From Podarcis filfolensis (Eukaryota): a DNA stretch of 64,000 bases. The notes beneath the pieces were generated by a model, which had not been told where the DNA came from, made no database searches, and saw nothing but the letters and a program-made list of their open reading frames with translations. The translations under genes were made by a program, and so were the position numbers. Positions 36,901 to 48,900 of this stretch are shown piece by piece (positions within the stretch are counted from its first letter, which is position 1; every line of letters starts with the position of its first letter). The DNA is taken from NCBI GenBank assembly GCA_964270895.1, contig OZ185442.1; one strand, written 5' to 3'.

Positions 36901-39900
36901 TCTTGGCAACCATCCCAACTCTGCCATCATCCTGCATTATGCATGGCATGGGCAGGTAAGGGCATTACAATGGTTTTGTTTTGACAACAAGAGTTTAAAC
37001 TTGCCACTGTGTTATGCTCCTGAAAGAAGGGTGGGATAGAAATTTGATTGTTCTTTGCTCCATGAGAGTTGTCCTGGGTGTGAGGTGATTTTTGTTATGT
37101 ACCTGTACTATTTTTCAACTGTGAAGCTATCCAGACAGCTTGACCTCAGTATGAATATACTTATGACTTCCAGATATCCCTCATTTTAATCTGCCCCAGG
37201 AACAGAGAGGGGTCAGTCCTATATTAGTGTTTGGGTGGCCTGTAACACAGCTGGATTGGAATAAACACACTGAGGTAGAGACTGGCAGTAGCAACCCCCT
37301 GTCCCTGTCCCTGTCCCTCTCCTTTCCCTAGTTAAAAGTTGCTTCATGCAGCAGTTGCATGTGCATTCTGTCTTGGAGAGACAGCACACATGTGCTATTT
37401 CCTTTTTTCCCCTGCCAAGTTTAATTGTTACAGACCCTGCATTTATATGCAATATGACCTGCTGCAGTTCTATAACCTCAGGAAATAATATACCTTGCTA
37501 CCTGACCATGGAAATAAATTGCTATGCTATTATGCATCAGCCACTTAATTGTTCTTTTGTGCCTTTATGGAGAGATGGAGCATAAATGTGTTAAAAGTGG
37601 AGCCAATCTTTGGCATCTCCGTTGTTATTCCTGAAAGTTAAGTCAGTAAAGAGGAAAATGGCTTGGTGTTTTGATTTGTTATTGTAATAAGGCTCCATCA
37701 CATTTGCTGGTGGAGCAAAGCACAGGGGCCAATCTGGCTGTATGGTAGGGGCAAGTTGTGGAGGCTAAAGGGTTGGAGGAGCAAGGTACCTAGAACGGGG
37801 GGGGGGGGGGAGAAATAAGCTGAAACCCTCTTCCACCTGCTACTTTTGTTTTCATTGAATTGGAACCTGTGATTTCAGTGTTCCAGAGCAGCAAGGGACT
37901 TGCCATGTGCCGGTTTAATTGCTCTTTAAGAGCTAGATAATTTATGTAGTAATCTGAAATTCAGCTGATGTTTCCTTAGGGCCAGTCTCCTTCAATTCGC
38001 CAGCTCATCATGCATGCTATGGCAGAATGGTACATGCGAGGGGAACAGTACGACCAAGCAAAATTATCACGTATTCTAGACGTGGCCCAAGACTTGAAGG
38101 TGAGTTTGATTCTATATTTTAATTTTGTGGAAAGTGCTTTGACTTTAGTGTTGGGGTTGTGTGAGATACAGGGTTTGGGAGTGGAGGAAAATAAGTATCA
38201 CATCAGAGGACATGTTTATCCTAAGGACAGGAAGAGGTTATGTGTAGGAAGAGAAACTCATCTCTTCACTTAATATGAAGCTGTGTTGCTAAATTTGTGA
38301 CTTGCTAAAGTAATTTTTTCCATCTGCAGAGTTACTAAGATCCTGAGCTGTAGTTTTCTTTTTTTTTTTTACAATCTTGCATTAGAGCAACTCCAGAGAC
38401 TCTTAAAAACTTGCAAAGTGTCACTGCTGTTGTATGTTTGTCTTTCCTCTTCATCAAGAAAGTATGCGAGATTTTGGTGGCATTGAATATCATAACTCTA
38501 TAGCTTTTACTAGACACTACTGGGTCAGCATTCATGTTATAACTCTCCCAAAGGAGCCCAGGGTGGCAATCTGGTTAAGTTTGGTTCAGCACTACTGAAG
38601 GCCCATAATTACTTGCTTATTTCAAGCAAGGTGTATTGTCACCAGAAGGTATCAGTGTATTGCCTCAAGCTCCATGGGTATGCAACCTCTTTTTCCTTGG
38701 AGTTTGTACAAGAGCCCTTGCAATTGAAATGAATAGAAGTCATGTATAGTGTATATTCCTCTGAAATTTAATGGGCAGGATAATGTTGGGTTTCCAGCAG
38801 TGATAGGAGCTCAAACCACCCATAAAAGCTGCTCCCCCAAGCAGCCAGGTGGTGAGGTAGGGGTTGGTTCTCCGGTCTTCCTCCAGTCTTGCACAGGCAG
38901 TTTGTAGGCCTGTTCCACCCAAACATAGAAAGAGCCGTAACTGCTGAAGGAGGGAAGAGTGAGCAGTCCCACTTGTGGATAATGCACACAGCCCACCCAG
39001 CTTTAATGGCCATGAGGGTGGTGAGGATTACTGTCAACAGGGTGCCTGTCACCTATAGATCAGAAAATAGGGAGAGAAGAATTACTTATGTCACTTTGCT
39101 GTGAAGCCTTCCACCCTCAGTGGCTTTGCCTTGCCTGTGGTCTTCCATATCTCCCCCCTTCAAATTCTTAGGTTGGGGGGAAAAGCAATGTGTCCAGTGT
39201 ATTCTTCTCCCAGGAGGAGGAATTCCCACCCTGAAAGCTGCTTTGCTGGCTGCTGTCTCTGTCATGTTCTGTGTGACAGGAAAAAATGTTGGGAACTGAA
39301 TAATATATAGATGTGGTGGGGGAGGGTGTATGTGTGTAGGCTAATTCTGAGGGAAGCGTAGCCTGATACTTTGACTAGCAGTTTTCTAACTCTCTTTCTT
39401 TAGGCGTTGTCAATGCTGCTAAATGGTACTCCATTTGCCTTTGTTATTGACCTTGCTGCACTTGCCTCTCGACGGGAATACCTCAAACTAGACAAATGGC
39501 TCACAGATAAAATTCGGGAGCATGGGGTAAAGCAGGATTTTCTTAATTATTTTTGCAATTTTTTTGGTGGTAACAGTCACTTCTTTTTATAAAAAATGTT
39601 TCCCTGCAGTTTATAAAAATTGCTTTCAGCATGCACTCTTGAGTGATAATGTTGAACTAATACCCAGTATTTTCTATATCATAATTTTGTTAACATTCTT
39701 GAACTATTGTTAAGTGTGTGTATCCCACTGAAATTTGCACTTTTCCTTCCCTAGGAGCCTTTCATCCAAGCCTGTATGACTTTCCTAAAGAGAAGGTGCC
39801 CCTCTATCTTAGGTGGCCTTGCCCCAGAGAAAGACCAGCCCAAAAGTGCTCAGCTTCCTCCAGAGACACTGGCAACTATGCTGGCTTGCCTGCAGGCTTG

Positions 39901-42900
39901 TGCTGGGTAAGCAGATCATATCTTCTGGGATAGGCTGACAGTCTCATAAATAGTGGTTAAGAAGGTGAATTTACAAACTGGGAACTTGGCTATGAGCTCA
40001 CTAGGTGACCTTTGTGAGCTGCCATTTCTCAGTCACCTTCTCATCCTCCAGATCCTCTGTAGTACTGGGCTGTCTGGCAAGGTTGGTGTAAAGTTTGTAC
40101 TGTGTCTGTTTGGGAAGTGCTTTGAGCATTTTGGAAAAGTACTAAATAAACCCTGTGTAAGTCATTCTAGTTACATTGGGGCCATTATTAGGAAGTATAA
40201 ACTCAGGGCTTTGGCAAATGCAGCCTTTGGACAGAGGGTTTTGCCTTTGCCAAGGTTCAGTGCTGTGTAATGAGTAGGATTTTGTATGTTTAGGTTGTAC
40301 TTAAAAGCATATGTAGAAGAGTTGGAGATAACCCCGTAGGGCTATTTGTCACTTGTCTCTGGAGTTTGTAATACCTTGTTAGTTGGTTGGCAAGTTTGTC
40401 CTTCAGTTAAATAAGGGGTCAATATATATATTGGCTGATCAGTTGAAACAAGCCAGGTGATAGTTTTTCTGGTCTTGGGAGGTTGGGGAGCTCTTTCCTC
40501 TGGTCTAGTTGGGACGTTGTGTTCCAGGCAGTGCTAGTGCTATCCTAGTTCTAAAGACAGCTCTCTTAGCACCAAGATAAAAGGGGGGGTTTTATTGGCA
40601 AGTAAAAATCATTTCTTCTCCCATTAGAAGTGTGTCCCAAGAGCTGTCAGAAACTATTCTAACCATGGTAGCTAACTGCAGCAATGTCATGAACAAAGCC
40701 AGGCAGCCACCACCTGGAGTTATGCCCAAAGGACGCCCACCAAGTGCTAGTAGCCTAGATGCCATCTCTCCTGTACAGGTACGTGGATGCTGAAAGAAGC
40801 CAAAGTAGCATAATAATGGGAGGTGCCTTTTTATATGTCTCTAAACTTACTTTTTTATTCATAATCAAATGTAATTCAAACATATTAATTGAAACCTTGC
40901 AGTTTAAGCACCATCTTTGAACCTGAAATGTCCTTTTCATGGCGTCTTGGGTCAAGCAATGGTGCTAGATTGTAAGGACTTGTTATAACTGGGGCTCCTC
41001 AGTTCTCAGCTGAGCTGCTCTTTTAAAAACAAGGCACATACTAGTTGTTCACCACCACACACTGTCACTGCTTCTTCTAGGTTTAATAGGGAGGAAGACC
41101 TGGTTCTAGTAACTATATTCAGTGGTAGATATAATAGCCTTTCATGATTTACTTTCTAAAGATTTAATTTGGCACCATTCTGCAGACTAAAGATTAATTG
41201 AGCAGCTTTTCATTAATAAAAAGAAACTGTGTGATACTAACAAGCAAACAGTGACAGTAGCATTGTAAGGATTCTAAGCTTTCTTCTATAAGTTTCACAG
41301 AGCTTTTTGTAAAAGTTAACTCTTAAAGCTAAGTGGTTGCTTGGGCTGCAGAACAAACTATTACTGTGCAGACCAACCCCCAAAACCACAAGATGATGTC
41401 TAGTTTTAAAAGATTATACAGAATACCTTGCAATGCATGCATTTTGAAGGTGGAGGATGCCTAATGGGTCTGAAAGAGTAGTCCCAAAGTGTAAGGAATT
41501 GATGTGTGGTCTTAACTGATTTTAGCAAGGCTGATCTGAATGAAGATTGATTGATATAGAAAATAACCCCTTGTCTCTTTTTGAATATTGATTTTATCTT
41601 CAGATTGATCCACTTGCTGCTGGGATGGCATCTCTCAGCCTAGGTGGTTCAGCAGTTCCACACACACAGAGTATGCCAGGTTTTCCTCCAAACTTGAGTT
41701 CTGCTTTTAGTACTCCGCAATCACCAGCAAAAGCATTTCCACCACTTTCCACACAAAACCAGAATACACCTTTCAGTGGGATTAGCGGACTCTCTTCACA
41801 GCTTCCAGGTACTTTTGTGTAAAGGGGCTGGTACTCATGGGAGGAATGTGGCTGCTTTTCCTGTAATTCTGGCTGGGGGCAAGCACTTCAAATTGTATCC
41901 AACTTAGTATACTCAGTGTAAACCCATCGAAACCAATGGGCATGATATTACTTGTGTGAATTAATTTCAGTGGGCCGAATGGAAGTACCATGTTGACACT
42001 ATTCAGGGTGGGAACAGCAAAAAAGTTAAAACGTCTGTCAGCATTTGTAAACATAACTGAAATGATAATTTTATTTTTCTCAGTAGGTGGTCTTACAACA
42101 GGTAGTCTGGGCATAGGAACTGGGGCCCTTGGCCTCCCTGCAGTGAATAATGACCCATTTGTGCCAAGAAAACTGAGTACATCAGGACTGAACCAGCCTA
42201 CATTCCAGCAGAGTAAGATGAAACCTTGTAAGTGGTAATGTTGTCTGATTGTGAAGTGTGACTGTGGATGTGCAGTAAATGTGAGTTTTCCCTCTAGGGT
42301 GGGGGCTGGCAGCGGTCTCTAAGGAGCCTTCTTTGCCCTCCCCAATATCTAGCCTTTCTCCCAGGAATCTTGGAGCATCTTATGTTGCGCTTCCAGGCAG
42401 TCTCCCATTCTTGTGGTGACTAAATTAAAACCTGCTTGGCTTTACCATGCTAATCATGCTCCCAGCTACTGATGCCAAAAGCTTAACCTTGTACAGTTGT
42501 AGGTTCCAAGTAATTTCAGGTTTTAACCAACACAGATCAAGTGGTTTATCAGGCTTCATGAACGAACAGCTTTCATGTGAGTACTTCATAGAATTATTCA
42601 CAATTGTCCTCAAGATCAAGCTTGTGATATTAGACTAGGAAAGTGTCCCTCAGTTTGATGGGAAAGTGGCACTGTGTACATAGTCTCTGCCACTTTTTAG
42701 TGACATTGAAATCTTGCCCAGAAATTGATTTTGTCCAGCTCATTGAGTCTATGCTACTTGTATTTGTCTGTTAGCCCTCGTTCACTCAAAGTGTACCTTT
42801 CGTGTCCTTTGGTGATTTTTTTCAGCTTATAGGTGTCTGGGTTGTGGGGGTTGGGAAACTACTTTGAATCATGAAGATGACACATGCAATAGGCAGCATC

Positions 42901-45900
42901 TTTCAAATCTTGCTGCTGAATATTTCTCAGTAAACCAAACTGAGGCAATGGCCAGAAAATAGGAGAAAGATGTAGAAATATGCTAGCATTGGTATTAGGG
43001 TGGTGGTTTTTAGAGGGTCAACAAGGGGTTAGGTGGCCAGTTGAATGTGGAATGCTTGGTGTTTGGTGTCAGGAATAGATAAAAGGACTCTTCTGGGCAG
43101 GGAAGACTTAAGTAGTGAGAACGTACGTCTACAGTTTGCAAGGCCATTATGTTTTGATAATCATAGCTACCTGCAAACACCTTAATGTGAGCCTGTGGAA
43201 CAGAGATGATCTCCAATCTCTTGCTTTGCCTGAAGAAGTTTGAAAGTGTACCTGCACATTAATGTTCAGCATGCTGTGAGTGCTTGTTGCATCCTGTCCA
43301 ATACGCTAATCTAGGGATGAATGATACTTTAATTCTGCAGTCATTCAGATTTGCTTTCCTGGCTTCCAGAATAATCGCTAATGAAGAACAAATGTGTTCT
43401 CATAACTAAACCAGCCCTTTCCAACTAAAATTCTTGGTCTATATGCAGTCCCACATATGTGTTACATGCCTGAGCTAAACACCATTCAGAACCCTTTAGA
43501 ACTGTGCCACATTTTGGTGACACAGACCTCGTTCTTTCCTGCTCAGTGCCTTTTTGACTGCTGCAGCAGCTTTTGGAGCTTGCTTCCTCCCATTTATACC
43601 ACAACTTGGCCCTATTTTTCCTTGCTTTGCCAAGCTTCAGCTTTATTTTCGTCTTCTCTCCTAGTGTATCCTCTTTAAGTTGTCTCACAGTTTCTTCTCC
43701 TCTCACACCTATAGCACAGCAAGCATTCTTCAAGAAATGCTGGGAAGATGGGTTTAATATTTTATCTATAGATGGAGGAAATGTCCCTGGGTGATCAACA
43801 TGCTGTTGAGTGTTGCCCAAGTTGTCATGAATTCATGGCAATAATCCTCTCTGCAATGCAGCAGTCTCCCATCGTGGAACTTCTTTCTTTCCTTACTGGG
43901 ATGGCTGTGCCCAACTTACTATGCTTTCTGCCTTGCTCTTGCCAATACGCCCCCCCGCCCCAAGTTCTTTCTCCAACTCCAGTCAGAGTGATCAAGATTA
44001 TGTGCACTTGATCCTTTGTTGTGATACAGCTTGATCTGATCTGTCCTGCCTGCTGAAGGTGGTCTTGGTGTTTCATCTTAACTGGAACTTAGTTCTTTTT
44101 ATATTGTACCCAAATCCCAACTCAACAACTTTCTTACTAGGTCTGCATGACTATCAGATTTTCCACAGCTTGCTTGCTGTCCCTGTCAGTAATCTGTTCA
44201 CATTTGACATGGGAAGTAACTACATTCACAGCCTTGCGACCTTGCTTTCTGTGAAATGATTACCCCTTTGATGTGCAAGTTTGAGTGGATGCTGTCATTG
44301 AAAGGACTGTACTTATAACATACTGTTTTCCTGACAGTACCTTTCCCACCTTGAGGTAAGACAGCTTGCTAGTCTCCATATGTGGGACCACACGCTGATC
44401 ATGAAGAAGAAAGATGGGTTGCTTATCTGTAACTGTAGCTCTTTGAGTGGTCATCTGTGCAATCACACAGCTCACTTCTTTCTCCCTCTGCTGGTGTTGC
44501 TCTTCTTTGGTCTCCTTTGGGCAGTTACATCCTGCTGGCAAGCACCTTGGTAGCTGAGACAGGGCATCTTGCCAAAACCTTTCCGTGTCTTATCTCTACA
44601 AGTTTGGTTTGCAAAGGCACACAAATCCATACATGTAACTGAAGGGAGGACCGCTCAAAGAACTACAGTGACAGGAAAGCAACCTCTTTGAGCTCATAAT
44701 ATGAGTGAGACTGCATCATCATGAAATCTACTGAAATATTCCAAACTGCTTCTGTTCCCTTGGATCTGTGATTATGAAATTAATATATTTCCCCTCCATT
44801 TTGTGTATTTATTTAATTAGTATCTACTTTTTTCAACAGCTGACTTATCTCAGGTATGGCCAGAGGCAAATCAGCACTTTAGCAAAGAGATTGATGATGA
44901 AGCCAACAGCTATTTTCAGCGTATTTATAATCACCCACCACATCCAACTATGTCTGTAGACGAGGTGAGCTGTGGGTAGTAATGGCATCTCTCTCAACTT
45001 GCCCTTCTTCCTTACTGTAGACTTTCTTTTCAGTCTTATGGAAAATTTGAGAAAGTAGGTACTTGCAACATTGCTTTTTGTTTGGTTGCAGTTTAAGGGA
45101 AATTTAAATTGTAAAATTCCAAAATGTATGTCCATACAGTTGCAGACAACTTTTGTGCAAGTGAAATTGGATGTTTTAAGTTGGGTCCAGTGGAAAGATA
45201 ACTATTCTGAAAGTTTTGTCTGCTTGTTATATGTCACAGTGGGGAAAAGTTATACTTCACTTTAATTTGATTTGTGCCTCTGTTGGGTGAACACTTCTCC
45301 TGAGGGGAGGGGTTGTTCCTAAATCAACAAAGTGCTACTTAGCAAAGAAAGCTGCAGTTGCTGAGCCTTAAATGTCTGGGTGACCCAGTACACTAAATTG
45401 GGTCAAATTAGAGTTTCCCCTTTTAGAATGCGTTTTTGAACACATTTTAGGCAATATTAGGACACACTATTTAATGTTTTGTGCTTACGGTGTTACAATC
45501 ATCAGAATATAAACATGCAAAACCCAGCATAATGACATAAACTTCAGTGAATGGGGCCAGCTGCATGTAGCAAGTATTATTTGTTCTTAGTGTTCTGATT
45601 CAAGCATGTTAACTGGAGAAACCCTTTTGGCAAGTAAGCAGAATAGAAATAAATAATACATGTGAGATTTTCCCTAGCAAAATTTTTCTGATTTTCTCAG
45701 CGAACTTTACTTTGTGTAGGTGCTCCAAGGGCTAAGCATAATAAATTGAGTCTCTTCATAACATTCTGATTTCTTTACAGGTGTTAGAAATGCTACAGAG
45801 GTTTAAGGACTCCAACATTAAACGAGAACGCGAAGTATTTAACTGTATGCTGAGGAACTTGTTTGAGGAATATCGGTTTTTCCCCCAGTACCCCGATAAA

Positions 45901-48900
45901 GAGCTGCACATAACAGCCTGCCTCTTTGGTGGGATAATAGAGAAAGGACTGGTTACATATATGGCGCTGGGCCTGGCCTTGCGCTATGTTCTTGAAGCCT
46001 TACGAAAGCCTTTTACATCCAAAATGTACTATTTTGGTATTGCTGCACTAGATAGATTTAAAAATAGGTGAGTGTGTTTTTATAATATTTCCAAAATGCA
46101 TGGGGGAATCTCATAACTATATGCCTACTTCAGCAATATATTTAGCTTTCCTATACAAGGTTGACAGTATATTGCAGTTATTGAACGTGTCTCACAGTAG
46201 AGGCATAAATTAAATAGAACCTTCGGCTAATAAAGGGAATGCAGATTTTAAAATAAATGAAAAGGAAGTAAATTACTTATAGTCTGAATCTGAATAGAAA
46301 TTGCCTTAAAATGGCTTTGAAAGTATCAGGTGGCATATATATTAATATTGCTATTGGGGGGGAAAGGAGAAAGCAAATCAGTGTTACTGGAAGTGAAGCT
46401 GCCTTGTAGACTTACAAAGACTAGGAGCAATCCAGCTAAAGTCGAGCCCATTTTTGTCTCATTGGTATTAATGGGAGGAGCCTCTTTCCCACTGAAATAA
46501 CTTTGACTGGATTGTACTTTATACGTCTGGGTCATGCAAGGTGACTCTCCCAAGATTTGTTACGATGGAAAGCTTAACTTTCATCCATTTTGCAAGGCAG
46601 TATTCATGGCCCTCTAGAAACAACTAGTGGGGGCCTCACTTACCAGATGCCAACATGTCAAAAGTGCTGGTAAGTAGCTACTTCTTTGTTGCACAGTAGA
46701 AACCAGTCTGAGTCCATTTCTCCTCTCCCCACAGCAGTGTGACCATTCCACATCCCAGTAGTCAGTTTCCTCTCCTCTTCCTTTCACACTACCTCTGTGT
46801 ACTCCTCCATGCCACCCCTGTGAATCCTGTGGCAAGCACTCTGTGATTCTGCACCCTTCTCTCTTTTTCAGACAGTTTGCATATTGTTCCTTATCTCCTG
46901 CATCTTTGGAGCAAGATACATAGCTTCATACCCCTGTGGGAAAACTTGTCATGTTCAGGATAATTTCTGCAACCATAACTGCTACAAGTTTTTAATGAAA
47001 GCTTGAGATTTGCAGAACTTTAGTACATCTTTGGAACATCAGTGCAATTTGGGGTTTTGTTTAATATCCCTACTGAGAGACTTTGTAATTTTTATCCATT
47101 ATTGCTCTGTACTGTTCTTCCATTCAGTGTTGTATATTTGAATTGGTTTCTTGTTCAGTAGAAACTTTCATTCAAAGAGCTGTCATAGTTTTACAGCTAT
47201 CTAGCTGATAAAATGAGAGAGCATAAGGATTCCTATCCTTAAAGTATATCTAAGCAGACAGGTGTTCTAACAAACATATAGTTCTGAAATTGAAGTTAGC
47301 CTTCAAGACTGAGATTTCTTGACTTATTTAGTTATCAAAACATTTTTATGGCTGAATTTTGCAAATTGGGTTCTGTACCTATATTAGCCTTAAATTGCAG
47401 AATGTTCTGCATTAAAAACTGTTTCTGCATTTAGAATGTTGCAGGGAGAGCTGCAGAAGAAAGAGGGCCAACAGGGTAGGGAGTTCTAGAGGGGGTTAGA
47501 GGGGAGCAACAACAAGCTGTGTATTTAGTAAAGAGGCATATGTCTGCCATATGTCACTTGAGAAGACTGCTGTGGTTCTTCCAAAGATGTTATTGGGGAC
47601 TATGAGAGCTATATTGACAAATTGATTGTGCTATTAGCTACCCTTTTCTAAAAACCCAATCTGTAGGGGTGGCCCATAAATGTGGATCTAAGTCTTACTG
47701 TTTGGTAGGTTGGCCCCTTTGCAATATGCAGTATTCTTGGAGGAGAAAGCCACCAATAGCTCCTAGGTTCCACAATGGCTATGTTCTGCCTCCATTTTTG
47801 GAGACAGTGTGCCTCTGAATACAAGTTGCTGGGAACTTCATGTGGAGTGAGTGCTGTTGTGCTCAGGTATTGCTTGTGGGCTTCCCATGGGCATCTAGAT
47901 GGTCACTATGAAAACAAGAGTTCTTGACTAGATGGGCCTTTGCCTAATTCAGCAGGTTCTTCTTGTGTCCCTGTGCTTATGTCTTGGCAGCATATAGTTG
48001 GAATCACTGGCTACATCAGTAGCATTCATACTTTTGCTAACTAGCTTGCATCTGGTAGAACCAGAAATCTTTACTGCAGATCCAGTATCAGTTAAGGCAA
48101 AGATTTAACCATTAATGTATTGATCAGGCCATTTGTTTTCTCCTACTAATGGATAGTTTTACTGTTGACAGATTGAAGGACTATCCCCAGTATTGTCAGC
48201 ACTTGGCTTCTATTAGTCACTTTATACAGTTCCCTCATCACCTGCAGGAGGTGAGTGTTAAAGGCATGGACAGTGAGGGGTGGGGGAGGACATCTGAATT
48301 GAGTTAGGTGTATTTGCATATTGAAAAACCTCGGCGTTCCATTAGTTTCCTGCTTCAGGGTCCATTCAGTAGAAGGTACAAAAGGATCTGGAAAACTTGA
48401 GTGTGAGTAGCCCATGCATCTGAGAGGAGAGAAACGGGTTAATCTTAATGCATGTCCGCTTTTCTGTAAACCTCCTTTCAAGGAGACTTGTAGCCCTTTG
48501 CCACTGGAAGTGTTCATTTGACAATTACTTTAATCCTTGCCAAGCAGCTTCTTATATGGTTGGGTTGTACATGGTCTTTCCTAGCAAATAAATCCATACC
48601 GCTAGGCACAGCAGTCTGTCTGCCCAGACCTTCTGAAAGCAAACAAAACCAGGGACAGTGGAATTAGGATTCTGAAGGTCTGATCCAAAGGCTGTAGTCC
48701 AAACACTAAAAGCAATGTTGGTTTAGGATCTCTACGTTAGTAACACACCAATCAGTGGGGATTTCTATATTTTATATGCAGTATTGAATATTTACATGTG
48801 ATTAATAACACTGAAAGTCTTACCAATTGTAGTTCTTACACCTTTGCTTCAGAAAAGACAGCATTAGTCTCTTAGTTGTAACATCGTGTGTCATCTGTGG

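Noticed and set aside
43240-43395. Possible SNORA46-like H/ACA RNA (TACGCTA and CTTTAA are complementary to the 18S U649 region; ACA near 43392)
   Set aside because: No ANANNA H box, weak or absent lower stems, and not the expected host intron. I also found no recognisable SNORA46 in introns 24-25. An Infernal search would settle it.
43425-43820. 131-aa minus-strand ORF
   Set aside because: Probably decayed LINE sequence antisense in an intron; no intact domain recognised.
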